DNA of 62,634 nucleotides, counting the filler, from Nemertoderma westbladi (Eukaryota > Animalia > Xenacoelomorpha): assembly GCA_032718475.1 (NCBI GenBank). It is 3 parts of 3 records of this genome, joined end to end, with 100 filler letters (N's around TTAATTAATTAA, not from the genome) between each part and the next. Parts side by side here need not be neighbours in the genome. Positions count along the whole stretch, not along the records: positions 1 to 23,306 come from JAUCBJ010003809.1; 2 more parts are not named here. The stretch is one strand, 5' to 3'. Shown piece by piece: positions 11,877 to 23,406 of this stretch (its first letter is position 1; each line of letters opens with the position of its first letter). The notes beneath the pieces are model-generated. The model made no database searches and was not told where the DNA came from. It worked only from the letters and a program-made list of their open reading frames with translations. The position numbers and the translations under genes were made by a program.

Positions 11877-12186
11877 TTGGAGAGATATGAGATATTAATT
11901 TCAACAAAAAATTACGCGAATCCTAAATTTGTACACTACCCGGTTAAAAAGTACGCATGTGATGGGATTAGTCCTACAATTGCGCCAATAAAAGATAAGT
12001 TATTTTCGGTAAAATAAACTTATCATTCGAGGTTAAGACCCCAAGATCCCTTCCTATAATAAATGTATAATAACAAACACCTCGAAAAATACAGCTTGCC
12101 AACACATTGTTACTATATCAAATAATAAAAAATCAGGGGCTAATAAAATGGCAGCTGGCTTTGAAATTAATACTCCATATCTCAAG

Positions 12187-12248
12187 AACCTGTGGCCTAG
12201 TGGTTGTAGTCTCGGCTTCCACCTCGAGGTCCCAGGTTCGAATCCGAC
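12187..12248 (+). promoter_or_regulatory. tRNA-derived internal Pol III promoter (SINE-like head); inverted copy at ~11711-11772
   Basis: A box TGGCCTAGTGG at 12193-12203 and B box GGTTCGAATCC at 12235-12245. Anticodon-arm-like CTCGG-CTTCCAC-CTCGAG lies between them. There is no acceptor stem, so this is not a functional tRNA. Confidence 0.8.
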
Positions 12249-12291
12249 ACCACGCTGATGAGACCCAGTAAGGTCGAAACGCGTACGTGGT
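12249..12291 (+). ncRNA. Minimal type I hammerhead ribozyme (tandem copy 2)
   Basis: ACCACG-CTGATGA-GACC CAGTAA GGTC-GAA-ACGCGT-A-CGTGGT, with predicted cleavage after A12285, 415 nt from the upstream site. Confidence 0.9.
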
Positions 12292-14794
12292 TTGGAGAGA
12301 TATGAGATATTAATTTCAAGAAAAATTACGCGATTCTTAAATTTGTACACTACCCGGTTAAAAAGTACGCATGTGATGGGATTAGTCCTACAATTGCGCC
12401 AATAAAAGATAAGTTATTTTCGGTAAAATAAACTTATCATTCGAGGTTAAGACCCTAAGATCCCTTCCTATAATAAATGTATAATAACAAACACCTCGTT
12501 GCCAACACATTGTTACTATATCAAATAATCAAAAATCATTGCCACGGTATGACTGGTCCTCTCTGTTGCAACAGCCAAGTGTGAGATCCAGCTTCACACT
12601 ACAGGTGAGCAACAGGTATGAGGTTCTTGCCTCTGAGGCGGCAGATCACTGTGAGGGCTATACTGCCTTCACAGAAGCAGTTTAGTTAGCAACTGCAGAA
12701 ACAGTCCCTGTATACCTCGAAACAGGAAACGGGCCCCCTGGACTGACAACAAAATTCAGAAGTGCCGAAATGACCTCTATAAGGCGCAGAAAGAGTCCCG
12801 ACTCAAACAGACTACAGCGGCCAAGAATGCAGTTAAGAGCTGCATCTAGGTCCCTGAACAGGCAGTACTCTGTTAATCTACAGGAGCTAATAAACCAACA
12901 GGTTGATGCCATCAATGATGCTGACGACAGCAGGCAATCATCCCAGGCATGGAGATCGATCAACTTGCTTACTGGGCGGAAAAGCCAACCAACCACCAAG
13001 GTTAAGGCTGACTCACCAGCCGATCGCCTCAATGGTTGGAAGGCCCACATTGAAAAGCTCTTCAATGATGACAGGGTATTGCCTGATAACTTTATAGAAG
13101 TTAAAAAAAAAATCTGTACTCCCAGATATTGCCATTGGCGATATCTCCTTTGCAGAAGTGAAGGCTGCTGCAAAGAGCATTAAGACCAATCGTGCCAGTG
13201 GAGTAGATGGTGTTCCCCCTGAGGTCTTCAAAATACCTGAGTGTTTAAAGCTCATCTATCCCATCATAGTAGACATGTACCGAACAACAAGAGTCCCACA
13301 AGAAATGAAAACAAATAAGTTGGTGCCAGTTCCCAAGAAGGGCAACCTAACACTCTATGGTTCTTTTCGGCGAATCTCATTGATCTCGATTGCTGCAAAG
13401 CTATGCAATAGAATTCTATTAAATCGCATCAGGGATCCCATTGAGAGACTGCTCTGTGGAAATCAGAATGGGTTCCGTAAAGGTCGTGGGACCATGGAGC
13501 CCATTTTGGCACTTAGAAGGATAATTGAAGAGTTATCAAAAAAGAAAGACAGGCATCTATCTGTTATCTTTGTTGACTTCTTCAAGGCCTTTGATTCAGT
13601 CTCTCGCTCACGTATGTTCAGCATACTTTCATTATATGGGATTCCTGATGAAATTATTGCAGCAATCAGATCAGTGTACGATGGTTCGACAACATTTGTG
13701 TCTACTGTTGATGGTGACACAGAACCATTTGAAGTGTTATGGGGCGTCCTCCAGGGAGACACACTTGCACCATTCTTGTTCATAATTGTGGTTGACTATG
13801 TTCTACGCATGTGCTTAAAACATCATAATGATAATGGGGTGATGATAACTCCACCTACTGGCTCCAGAAGTGGAGGAAATCCTGCCAAGTACCTAACTGA
13901 TCTAGACTTTGCTGATGACTTAGGAGTACTCTCAGAATCATTGTGGTCATCATGGTTCTAATTATAACATTTTCCTATAAATAACAATAAACTTAAACAT
14001 TAGAGGGATCCCAACGGCTCCTCAGCTCATTAGAACATGCTGCTTCTAGTGTTGGTCTTTTTATTAACTCCAGAAAGACCAACATTTTGACAGTTAACTT
14101 TGAAAGTCATCAACAAGTCTCTAATCGGATGAGCATAAGCTCAAAGGATGGTATGCTTGAGCATGTGGACGACTTCTGTTACCTGGGATCATGGATCCGG
14201 AAGTCAGGTGAGGACCTTCGAATACGTAAGGGAAAGGCAAGGGCAGCCTTGAATAGGCTTTTCAGGATTTGGAAGTCACCGAGAATTAATCGGAAACTTA
14301 AGGTCCGATTATTTAGAGCAGCAGTAGTTCCAGTTCTCCTCTATCGGAGTCCATGCTGGGCTCTAACTGCTGAGGACACCAAATCTCTGGATGGCACATT
14401 CACAAGAATGCTACGCCTACGCCGGGTTCATTGTGTCAAGTACAATGCACACATCTCCAACCAGACACTATATAACATTGGAGGTGTCTCATTAGTTCCC
14501 CCAAGCTTGACACTAGAACAAAATCGCCTCTGCTTTGCAGGACATTGCTTTCGCCGTGAGGATCAGCCAGTGCATAATCTTGTACTTTGGCAGCCTCATG
14601 GAGTGAATAAGCATGGTGGACAGCCCATGACTTTCTTGAGACGCATCTTAAAGGACACTGGCCTTGAAGATGCGGATGATCTAACAAATGTCATGGGTGA
14701 TAGGGAGTTATAGCGGCGCAATTTTGTCGACAAGCCGGCACAGCATTCTTAAAATTGCAGCTGTAATGCAGCATGCATTAGTGCATGTATGCAC

Positions 14795-15920
14795 AGTTTA
14801 CAGACGTACCGAGCTGGTACTCCATTAAGTACTGCCATAATAGTTTACAGACGTACCGAGCTGGTACGGCCATTCAGTACCTCCATAATAGTTTACAGAT
14901 GTACCGAGCTGGTACTCCATACAGTACCTCCATAATAGTTTACAGACGTACCGAGCTGGTACGGCCATTCAGTATCGCCATAATAGTTTACAGATGTACC
15001 AAGCTGGTACGGCCATTCAGTACCGCCATAATAGTTTACAGATGTACCGAGCTGGTACTCCATACAGTACCTCCATAATAGTTTACAGACGTACCGAGCT
15101 GGTACGGCCATTCAGTACCTTCATAATAGTTTACAGATGTACCGAGCTGGTACTCCATACAGTACCTCCATAATAGTTTACAGACGTACCGAGCTGGTAC
15201 TCCATTCAGTACCGCCATAATAGTTTACAGATGTACCGAGCTGGTACTCCATTCAGTACCGCCATAATAGTTTACAGATGTACCGAGCTGGTACTCCATT
15301 CAGTACCGCCATAATAGTTTACAGATGTACCGAGCTGGTACGGCCATTCAGTACCGCCATAATAGTTTACAGATGTACCGAGCTGGTACTCCATACAGTA
15401 CCTCCATAATAGTTTACAGACGTACCGAGCTGGTACGGCCATTCAGTACCGCCATAATAGTTTACAGATGTACCGAGCTGGTACTCCATTCAGTACCGCC
15501 ATAATAGTTTACAGATGTACCGAGCTGGTACTCCATACAGTACCTCCATAATAGTTTACAGACGTACCGAGCTGGTACGGCCATTCAGTACCTGCCATAA
15601 TAGTTTACAGATGTACCGAGCTGGAGCAGGTACTCTATTCAGTACTGCCATAATAGTTTACAGATGTACCGAGCTGGTACTCTATTCAGTACTGCCATAA
15701 TAGTTTACAGATGTACCGAGCTGGTACGGCCATTCAGTACCTCCATAATAGCTTACAGATGTACCGAGCTGGTACGGCCATTCAGTACCTCCATAATAGT
15801 TTACAGATGTACCGAGCTGGTACTCTATTCAGTACTGCCATAATAATTTACAGATGTACCGAGCTGGTACGGCCATTCAGTACCTCCATAATAGTTTACA
15901 GATCTACCGAACTGGTACTC
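14795..15920. repeat. 47/48-bp minisatellite, ~24 copies
   Basis: Unit CATAATAGTTTACAGATGTACCGAGCTGGTACGGCCATTCAGTACCGC and a TACTCCATACAGTACCTC variant. Confidence 0.94.
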
Positions 15921-16222
15921 TCGTTAATGTTAGGCCTACAGCAGTAGAGTTAGAGTCTGACAGTTTTCCGTAAACCAGTCCAGCAGAATAATGTGATAAT
16001 TTAAGGGGGACAGAATCTGCGAACAGGGGGACATTATCCGCTAGCGGATACGAACCCCGGAGAGGACTGTATCCGCGGGGAGACAGATTCCGCTGTTATA
16101 CCGGTATTAAAAGTGGAACGCTCTGCCTAATGAAATAAAATCCTATATAATTTAAATCGGCAGTTAATAATAATTATACAGTAAAGGTATTAGGTTATTA
16201 ATAATTGACCATGTAAACTTAC

Positions 16223-16295
16223 CCTTTTCACTAGTAATAAGTGGAGGAGCAACTTCTGCCTCACCCTCTACAGACTTTCCTCCCTCGTCAGACAT
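16223..16295 (-). CDS. DNAH5: Dynein heavy chain first coding exon
   Basis: ATG at 16295, MSDEGGKSVEGEAEVAPPLITSEK plus G, donor GTAAGT. 73 nt, phase 1, compatible with exon 2. X-box ~100 bp upstream. Confidence 0.65.
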
Positions 16296-16386
16296 ATTTG
16301 ATGAAATAATAATTTATACCGGTATCTAATATATTCCTAATACTGTAATAATACAGATATCTCACATGTAACTTTGAAAGAAGTAA

Positions 16387-16409
16387 TGTTTACAGGGTAA
16401 CCTAGCAAC
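16387..16409 (-). promoter_or_regulatory. Adjacent forkhead (FOXJ1-type) site and RFX X-box in the dynein promoter
   Basis: TGTTTACA at 16387-16394 next to GGTAACCTAGCAAC at 16396-16409 (minus strand GTTGCTAGGTTACC). CCAAT at ~16465. Confidence 0.7.
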
Positions 16410-17249
16410 GCCTAATTTCATACATAATAACAAGGAACCAAACTCCAAATATTTATATTATGAGCCAATTTGGCTGGATAAGTGCGACTCATTTCTATTA
16501 AAATAGTTTGGTTGGTAGATTGTGGTGCGAGCCATGTAGTATGGGAATCCTCTGCCTACTGCCTGGTAATATTATGGTGTGTCACTATTTGCAAATGCAG
16601 TAGTTATCGTCGTCTTGAGATGTTGACTACTAAAACCTTTGTGACATTTAAAACTCCAAAGTTGAAATTTATATAAATTAATGGGAGAAAAAGTTGGGAT
16701 TTTTATAGACTTTCCTTCCCCCGGGAAGGCTAATAGATGCCTAAACATTCATGTACTTCCATTTCTTTGTTTATAACACATTGAAGCTGATAAGTAAATA
16801 TTTGCTGATACTGTATGTACTAAACCAATGGCTGCATTATTGTGAGGACAATAATCATTTTGTAATTTTCCAGTCTGCAGGCTAGAGGGCGAAATGTGTG
16901 AAAGTGAACACTATTCGAACACCCATGTGAACACCCATGTGAACATCCATGTGACCTTCCCTTCCTTGCTAGCTTACCATCCTTAAACGAATATAATACA
17001 TACACAATAAACACATGAACCGTAATATAGTGAAATAAAATTAACTTATTTAAAACGCTTATAAAAACATTTATAGGGAAAATCGACAATTCCGGCTTCA
17101 TGGTAACAATGACGGTGAGTGGAACCAGTTCTTTTTTCAATTTTCAAGCAATATGATAAAGATTAGTAGAAAATCTGGGCGGGTGTCCGATGTCCGTGTC
17201 ATCAGAAATTACTCGGTTTGTTACTGCCCTGGGGGCTATCATCCGGTGG

Positions 17250-18380
17250 GGGGGCTATTGTACGAGGGCTACTGTACGGGTGCTACTGTACGGGTGCTAC
17301 TGTACGGGGGCCATTGTACGGGGGCTACTGTTTGGGGGCTACTGTACGGGGGCTACTGTTTGGGGGCTACTGTACGGGGGCTACTGTACGGGGGCTACTG
17401 TTTGGGGGCTACTGTACGGGGGCTACTGTACTGGTGCTACTGTACGGGGGCTACTGTTTGCGGGCTACTGTTTGCGGGCTACTGTACGGGGGCTACTGTA
17501 CTGGTGCTACTGTACGGGGGCTACTGTTTGGGGGCTACTGTACGGGGGCTACTGTACGGGGGCTACTGTTTGGGGGCTACTGTTTGGGGGCTACTGTACG
17601 GGGGCTACTGTACTGGTGCTACTGTTTGGGGGCTACTGTACGGGGGCTACTGTTTGGGGGCTACTGTTTGGGGGCTACTGTTTGGGAGCTACTGTACAGG
17701 GGCTACTGTTTGGGGGCTACTGTTTGGGGGATACTGTACGGGGGCTACTGTTTGGGGGCTACTGTACAGGGGCTACTGTTTGGGAGCTACTGTACAGGAG
17801 CTACTGTTTGGGGGCTACTGTTTGGGGGCTACTGTTTGGGAGCTATTGTACAGGGGCTACTGTTTGGGGGCTACTGTTTGGGGGCTACTGTTTGGGGGAT
17901 ACTGTACGGGGGCTACTGTACGGGGGCTACTGTTTGGAGGCTACTGTACGGGGGCTACTGTACGGGGGCTACTGTTTGGGGGCTACTGTTTGCGGGCTAC
18001 TGTACTGGGGCTACTGTACGGGGGCTACTGTACGGTGGCTACTGTTTGGGGGCTACTGTACGGGGGCTACTGTTTGGGGGTTACTGTACGGGGGCTACTG
18101 TTTGGGGGCTACTGTTTGGGGGCTACTGTACGGGGGCTGCTGTCTGGGGGCAACTGTTTGGAGGCTACTGTTTGGGGGCTACTGTTTGGGGGCTACTGTT
18201 TGGGGGCTACTGTAGGGGGCTGCTGTCTGGGGACTACTGTTTGGAGGCTACTGTTTGGAGGCTATTGTTTGGGGGCTACTGTTTGGGGGCTACTGTAGGG
18301 GGCTGCTGTCTGGGGGCTACTGTTTTGGGGGCTATTGTTTGGGGGCTATTGTTTGGGGGCTACTGTTTTGGGGCTACTAT
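17250..18380. repeat. 14-bp G-rich tandem repeat (GGGGGCTACTGTTT / GGGGGCTACTGTAC), ~80 copies
   Basis: Direct reading. The three overlapping ORFs with identical repetitive peptides are a by-product of the 14-bp period. Confidence 0.95.
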
Positions 18381-20052
18381 CCGGGTGGTTACTATGAAAT
18401 TTATACAACTATGAAATCAAAAGCTCAATTGGCAATTACTTTCTCCACACTAATTAATTATAACGTTTACCGCCTAGTAGTACTGTAGGTAGCACCAGAA
18501 GCGCTATTTAATTAATCAAATTATTATAATTATAAATCACAAGACATCAAACCAATATTACAAAGATAAATTTATACGCTAAAGCACAAGATTTACAAAT
18601 TAATTAATATTAAAATAAGCAGTGACTATTTAAATTCTTTGTTTCGTTAATTATTTATACACTTTTAGAACGTTGTCTACAAATTTACACATTAATTCAG
18701 ATAGATGTACTATACAAAGAGTCCAGGGTTGAAAAATTAAAGTTCAATTGATGTCTCAGAACGGTTGTCAACGGGCAGTGCAATAAAACGTGCTGTTCAG
18801 TTTGTACAGTTGCCTGATCACACGTGCACACTCGAAGATCTCTGGGCGTTCTACTCCATCGGGTCTAAGTGATCCGATTCGGTCAAACACGATCTTTTCG
18901 ATCTTTCGCGAAATACACCTAGAAGGAGTGAGAATTTCGGAAAAGTTAAAAACTACGAAATGTTCCTAACCCCAGAATTATGCTAGACGGAACCAATAAA
19001 AAATTGAAAAAAATTAATACTAGGGAGTCTACCGGGCCAACGAAGGTCGCCGATTGGCAGATATTATTTTTGCCTATTACTACGGGAAGGAATAATCATT
19101 TAAAGTAAAAACATGTACAAGGGATATGGTCGGGAGGCTCGAGATCTATCCAACGGAAGCGGTCCCGGAATCGTAAATTAAGAAGTTCTCGAGTTATGGA
19201 GGAAATTTAACGCGTCATTAAATAATGCAGTAATTAGCAATTAGCGCTAATTAAGGATGAATTAATTGATTGAATATAGAAATCAACGCTGCCAATCGAT
19301 GGGAAACAACGAGAGGAGCTCGCCAATTTTTTAAATTTTCAAAAAAGACCCGCGGAAGCCGAGATAAATGGATTTTCGTAAAATCGGGGCCCCGACTGCC
19401 AAGTGGAATATCAGAGGCAAATCGACACCTTTGGGAAGTAGGTGATTATTATTATTATTGATTATTGAAATGGTTTTAGGTATTCATTAGAAGTTGTGAG
19501 CGGATTCAATTCCGCCGCATTACCCTCACAAAGTTGGGAAGTGGCACCTTTTTCAGCAATATTGGAGATACGAGATTGGTAACAACCAATCTCGTATCAC
19601 ACCCAATAATGGGGATAACACAAGCCCCAATAGCCACACAAAGGGAGGTTAGAGGTCAAACCACCTCGAGAGGGAAAAATAACCAGCAAGGGCCAACAGG
19701 GGGGGGGGGGGGGGGGGAAGCACTCCCAGAGAGGTGAGAGGCGTGAAGTAGGTTATCAGCCAATAGGAGCGGGGGAGAGCATCCACTGAACGAAGGCCAA
19801 AGTAGTGTAGCAATAATTATACATATATATTGTCAGTACAGTTCAGTTATTTCATTCAGTCATTAGTTTGAGTGCAGACCAGTCACATCTTCCACCGTCG
19901 CTGTCACCGTCACCATCACATATATTATCCTACCTACCGGTACATTCAGTCATTATTAACTGTGCTATCATTCAGCCATTATCATTAACATTATATCAAT
20001 TAGCAAGCACCAGAGATAACAACAAACTCTCATTTTATTTCAACCGTACGGC

Positions 20053-21436
20053 GATGCATAGGATAACTAACCGGTCGGGATCCCTTGATCCCGTCACAGT
20101 GGAAGATACCCAACTACCACAACTGTGACTGCCTGAAGGAAGTAAAGATGAGTTCAGGAGAGCCTCGAGATTTATAGGGAGAGAGGACACCGCCGCGGAC
20201 CCCGGACGACACCAACCAAACGATCCGCGAGGCCGCGACGCAACGGTATCGACCCGCGACGCCGGATTCGCCGACGAGAGACGATCTGGCAGCCCAAGCG
20301 GAGGGCAGCCGTCTACAACGAGGAAGGGACGAGTCGACGCACGACGGCGGTCGGAGTACCGAAGTCGCCGGCCAGCCACAGGCCGAGGGCGATGGACGGC
20401 CCACCGGAACGGCGACGGTGGGGCCGCCGGTACGACGCCGAACCAGGAGAGGGGGAGGAGATGTCAGCGACAAGGACGTCGGGACCACCGATCAGCTTCG
20501 ACGGGCCTACAATGCCACTAAGAAACTATTGAAGGAAGCTAAGGAGGGAGAGAAGGTAAACCAGGGGAAGTTGAGCCAGCGACTAGGTGAGTCGAATAAA
20601 CACTTCCAGTACCTAGTTCGTTTCGGGCAGGGGGAACTGGCAAGTGAGAGAGCGAGGGGGGTTGCCACCGAACTATTCAAACTGTGGCGATCCGGGATTA
20701 TGGAGCCCCAAGTAGTGTACGTAGGGCCGTATTTAGTGGATGCTAGGGGAATTAAGTTAGTGGGTTGGGCAGATCCGCACGAGGGCGAACCTGAGGTAAA
20801 CTCCGAGGATTCGGTCTCGTCGGTTAGCGAGAACCCCAGAAAGCGGGGGAAAGTTAGTAGGACAGAGAGGCGACGGGAGTCCGTCGCGACCGATAAGTCA
20901 GCTACATCCTCCGCGAAAGCAAGAAGGGTGTTAGAGGTAGATCTGGCGTGTCAACTAGACATTGCGGCGCTAGACCAGAAAGAATTAGAGAGGCAGTTGG
21001 ATGAGGGAACTGCGTTATTAGAGAAAGAGAGAGAGTTGGCGAGAGAGAATAAAGAGAGAGTTGAGAGGGTCGCAAGGAACTTTAGAGAGTGTGAGGAGAG
21101 AGAAATAAGGGAAGGAAAGGAGCGAGAGGCGAACGAGCGTAAAGAGCGAGAGGTGAGAGAGACGAGTGAGCGCAAGGAGCGTGAGGCGAGGAGGGTGAGA
21201 GGGTTGCGAGAGAAACAGAGTTGGCGAACCAGAGTTTGCGAGAGGCTAGAGAAAGAGAGAGAGAGATGAGATAGAGAGAGAAAGAGAGATGATATGCATG
21301 CCCGGCTAAGGGGGCTTATGCAATATCAGGCCAAGCAGAAGCGCCGACTAGAACTGGCGCAGTTGGGACTATCTGAGAGTGAGTCTGGCTCGGGTAGTAT
21401 TTACGAGGAGCCAGAAGTAGTGGAAACGTTTGTTAC
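20053..21436 (+). pseudogene. Disrupted TE-like (gag/ORF1-like) reading frame with Arg-rich and E/R/K coiled-coil segments
   Basis: GC-rich coding-like sequence after CCAAT/TATA/Inr-like signals (19760-19860). 283-aa open part at 20418-21269, broken by frameshifts and cut by the TIR element. No diagnostic domain recognised. Confidence 0.4.
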
Positions 21437-22846
21437 CCAGTAAAAAATCCGCATTCGTAACGCATGGGATGGCGCATATTTCACGCATTCGTAACGCATT
21501 CTGAAATGTTACATAGATGAACCATGCGATACGAATGCGAAAACCGAACCAAATACGCATCCTTTATTCGCATATCGAATGTTATACGAACCTTATCCGA
21601 ATCCCGCACATTCTACGAATGCGTCCCTAATCTTATACGAATGTTTCCCGCACACGATACGAATGCGTCCCGCATGTTATATACGAATGTTTCCCACGCT
21701 ATACGAATGCGTTACGAATGTTTTACGAGTGTTATACGAATGTTTACCGCAGGATTTTTATTTTTTTTATTATTTCGCTACAGTTTACATAGTTTTAACA
21801 GTTTACAACTGATAAAACCTGTCCATTTTATTTTATTTTTTTAAATATACTTGATATTCCGAATCGAATATGAAAGCCATTTTCAATTTCCCCAAAAAAA
21901 TGTTCAGATATAATTCAAGAGCACGCAATTTCAGACGTAAATCGTTATAGTTATTATTATACTTATATTAATTATTATTGATGGTTTATTATTTTTTATG
22001 ATACTTTTATTATTATATTATTTTATTATTATATTATATTATTTTATTATTATATTATATTATTTTATTATTATATATATTTTTATTATTATTATATATA
22101 TTTTTTATTACTTATTATCGAAAAAAAGCGAATTAATATTCTAGAATATAGTAAAAAAAACATTGAAATTATGTTGATGCATCTCATAAAATGTATGCCT
22201 TTGATGTATTTTGTCTGTAAGATTTTTTTACCATTAATAAGTGTAGGGCCTACTGTAGCAGTAACCGGTAATTAACTGCTACAGTATATCAGTAGACTTT
22301 TTAATGGCTTTTTATAGCGAATTAAACAAATTCGACCTGGAGGCCTAAGAAACTGTGTGAGAATATCACCATACACACGTACAATTTAATAAAAATGCCA
22401 CATGCTTTATAATATGTATTGGTACTGTACTGTAGGCCAGGTGAGATAAATAATGACAACATAAAACTACTGTAATAACTAACTAACTCTAGTACTCTAA
22501 TTGAGAGTGCTTTGCATGCGTATCGCATGCGTCACGAATGGACCACGAATAATTTTAAGCGTGGCGTGGCTAAGCATTCGTATCGCATGTGGTACGAACG
22601 AATGAACCACGAATTATTTTTTGTGTGGAGTGGAAGCATTCGTATCGCATGTGCCACGAATGATGAGCCACGAATATATTTACAAGTGAAATCTCACATG
22701 CGATACGAATACTATACGCATTCGTTAAATTATTCGGACTGACGAACCATTGATGAAGGCTTCACGAATCTTAAATAACATTGCACGCACCTTTTACGAA
22801 TGCTGCATGTGGTACGAATGCGTTACGCATGGGGATTTTTTACTGG
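21437..22846. mobile_element. Non-autonomous TIR (foldback-like) DNA transposon
   Basis: Left end CCAGTAAAAAATCCGCATTCGTAACGCAT; the right end reverse-complements to CCAGTAAAAAATCCCCATGCGTAACGCAT. Many internal ACGAAT/ATTCGT subterminal motifs and an AT-rich core. Confidence 0.82.
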
Positions 22847-23306
22847 CACCCACTTACAGGCACCGGATGACAGAACCAGAACTGGTGTAACCGTACTGGC
22901 GGGGGGTAATAATAATACGTTAGAAGAAATTAATATTAATAGTACCGTGGTAGAAACCTAACCAAACTTTCGTTGCAGGAAATAATGTTTTATCCGGTAA
23001 TTCTAATTTAAATACAAATAATCCAAATAATAATATTAATTTAAATATACAGAATAATAATTCTAATTCAAATATTCAAAATAATTCGAATAATAATTTA
23101 AATTTAAATATACAGAATAATTCAAATAATTTTAATAATTTAGAAAATAATAATATTGATAACGGGGCTATTAATACTAATGTAGGAGACACAGGTGGTC
23201 CAGCCAACGGGAGCCTGCAAGGCCACGTAGTTAGGCAGGGAGTAGCGGGGGTGATTGACCCCGACGGGAGCCTGCCAGGCCACATAGTTAGGCAGGGAGC
23301 AGCGAG

Positions 23307-23406
23307 NNNNNNNNNNNNNNNNNNNNNNNNNNNNNNNNNNNNNNNNNNNNTTAATTAATTAANNNNNNNNNNNNNNNNNNNNNNNNNNNNNNNNNNNNNN
23401 NNNNNN
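23307..23406. other. Assembly gap with TTAATTAATTAA spacer
   Basis: N-run with a central TTAATTAATTAA, identical in layout to the gap at 52728-52827. Confidence 0.97.

Larger units (their letters stand above)
11475..12538. mobile_element. Non-autonomous Penelope-type/retrozyme-like insert: inverted copy plus tandem copies of a 415-bp unit
   Basis: 12-bp TSD TTGCCACGGTAT at 11463-11474 and 12539-12550. 11475-11820 is the reverse complement of ~12139-12483. 11825-12538 is ~1.7 tandem copies with 415-bp period. No credible ORF. Confidence 0.85.
11220..14750 (+). mobile_element. Degenerate 5'-truncated RTE-like LINE (endonuclease C-terminus plus reverse transcriptase), interrupted by the 11475-12538 insert
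   Basis: EN motifs KSQIDY and SDHRL lie before 11474 and the reading continues (LPRY|DWSSL) after 12550. RT motifs ASGVDGVPPE, PVPKKG, QNGFRKGR, FVDFFKAFDSV, GVLQGDTLAPFLF, LDFADD, FCYLGS. Frameshift at the A-run near 13103, in-frame stops, and a 55-bp insertion at 13943-13997. Confidence 0.9.

Noticed and set aside
12187-12255. Functional tRNA-Gly(TCC) gene
   Set aside because: A and B boxes are present but there is no acceptor stem, the anticodon stem is imperfect, and the 3' side runs into the hammerhead.
13943-14003. GT...AG intron within the LINE RT
   Set aside because: Splicing it would not restore the frame. It is better explained as a 55-bp insertion with a CATT duplication.
17153-18488. 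Gly/Cys/Tyr-rich keratin-associated or chorion-like protein
   Set aside because: All three frames give the same repeat from a 14-bp unit; no signal peptide or unique domain.
23351-23362. TTAATTAATTAA inside N-runs (also 52772-52783) as a biological motif
   Set aside because: Identical spacer in both gaps with stops in all frames; a scaffolding linker.
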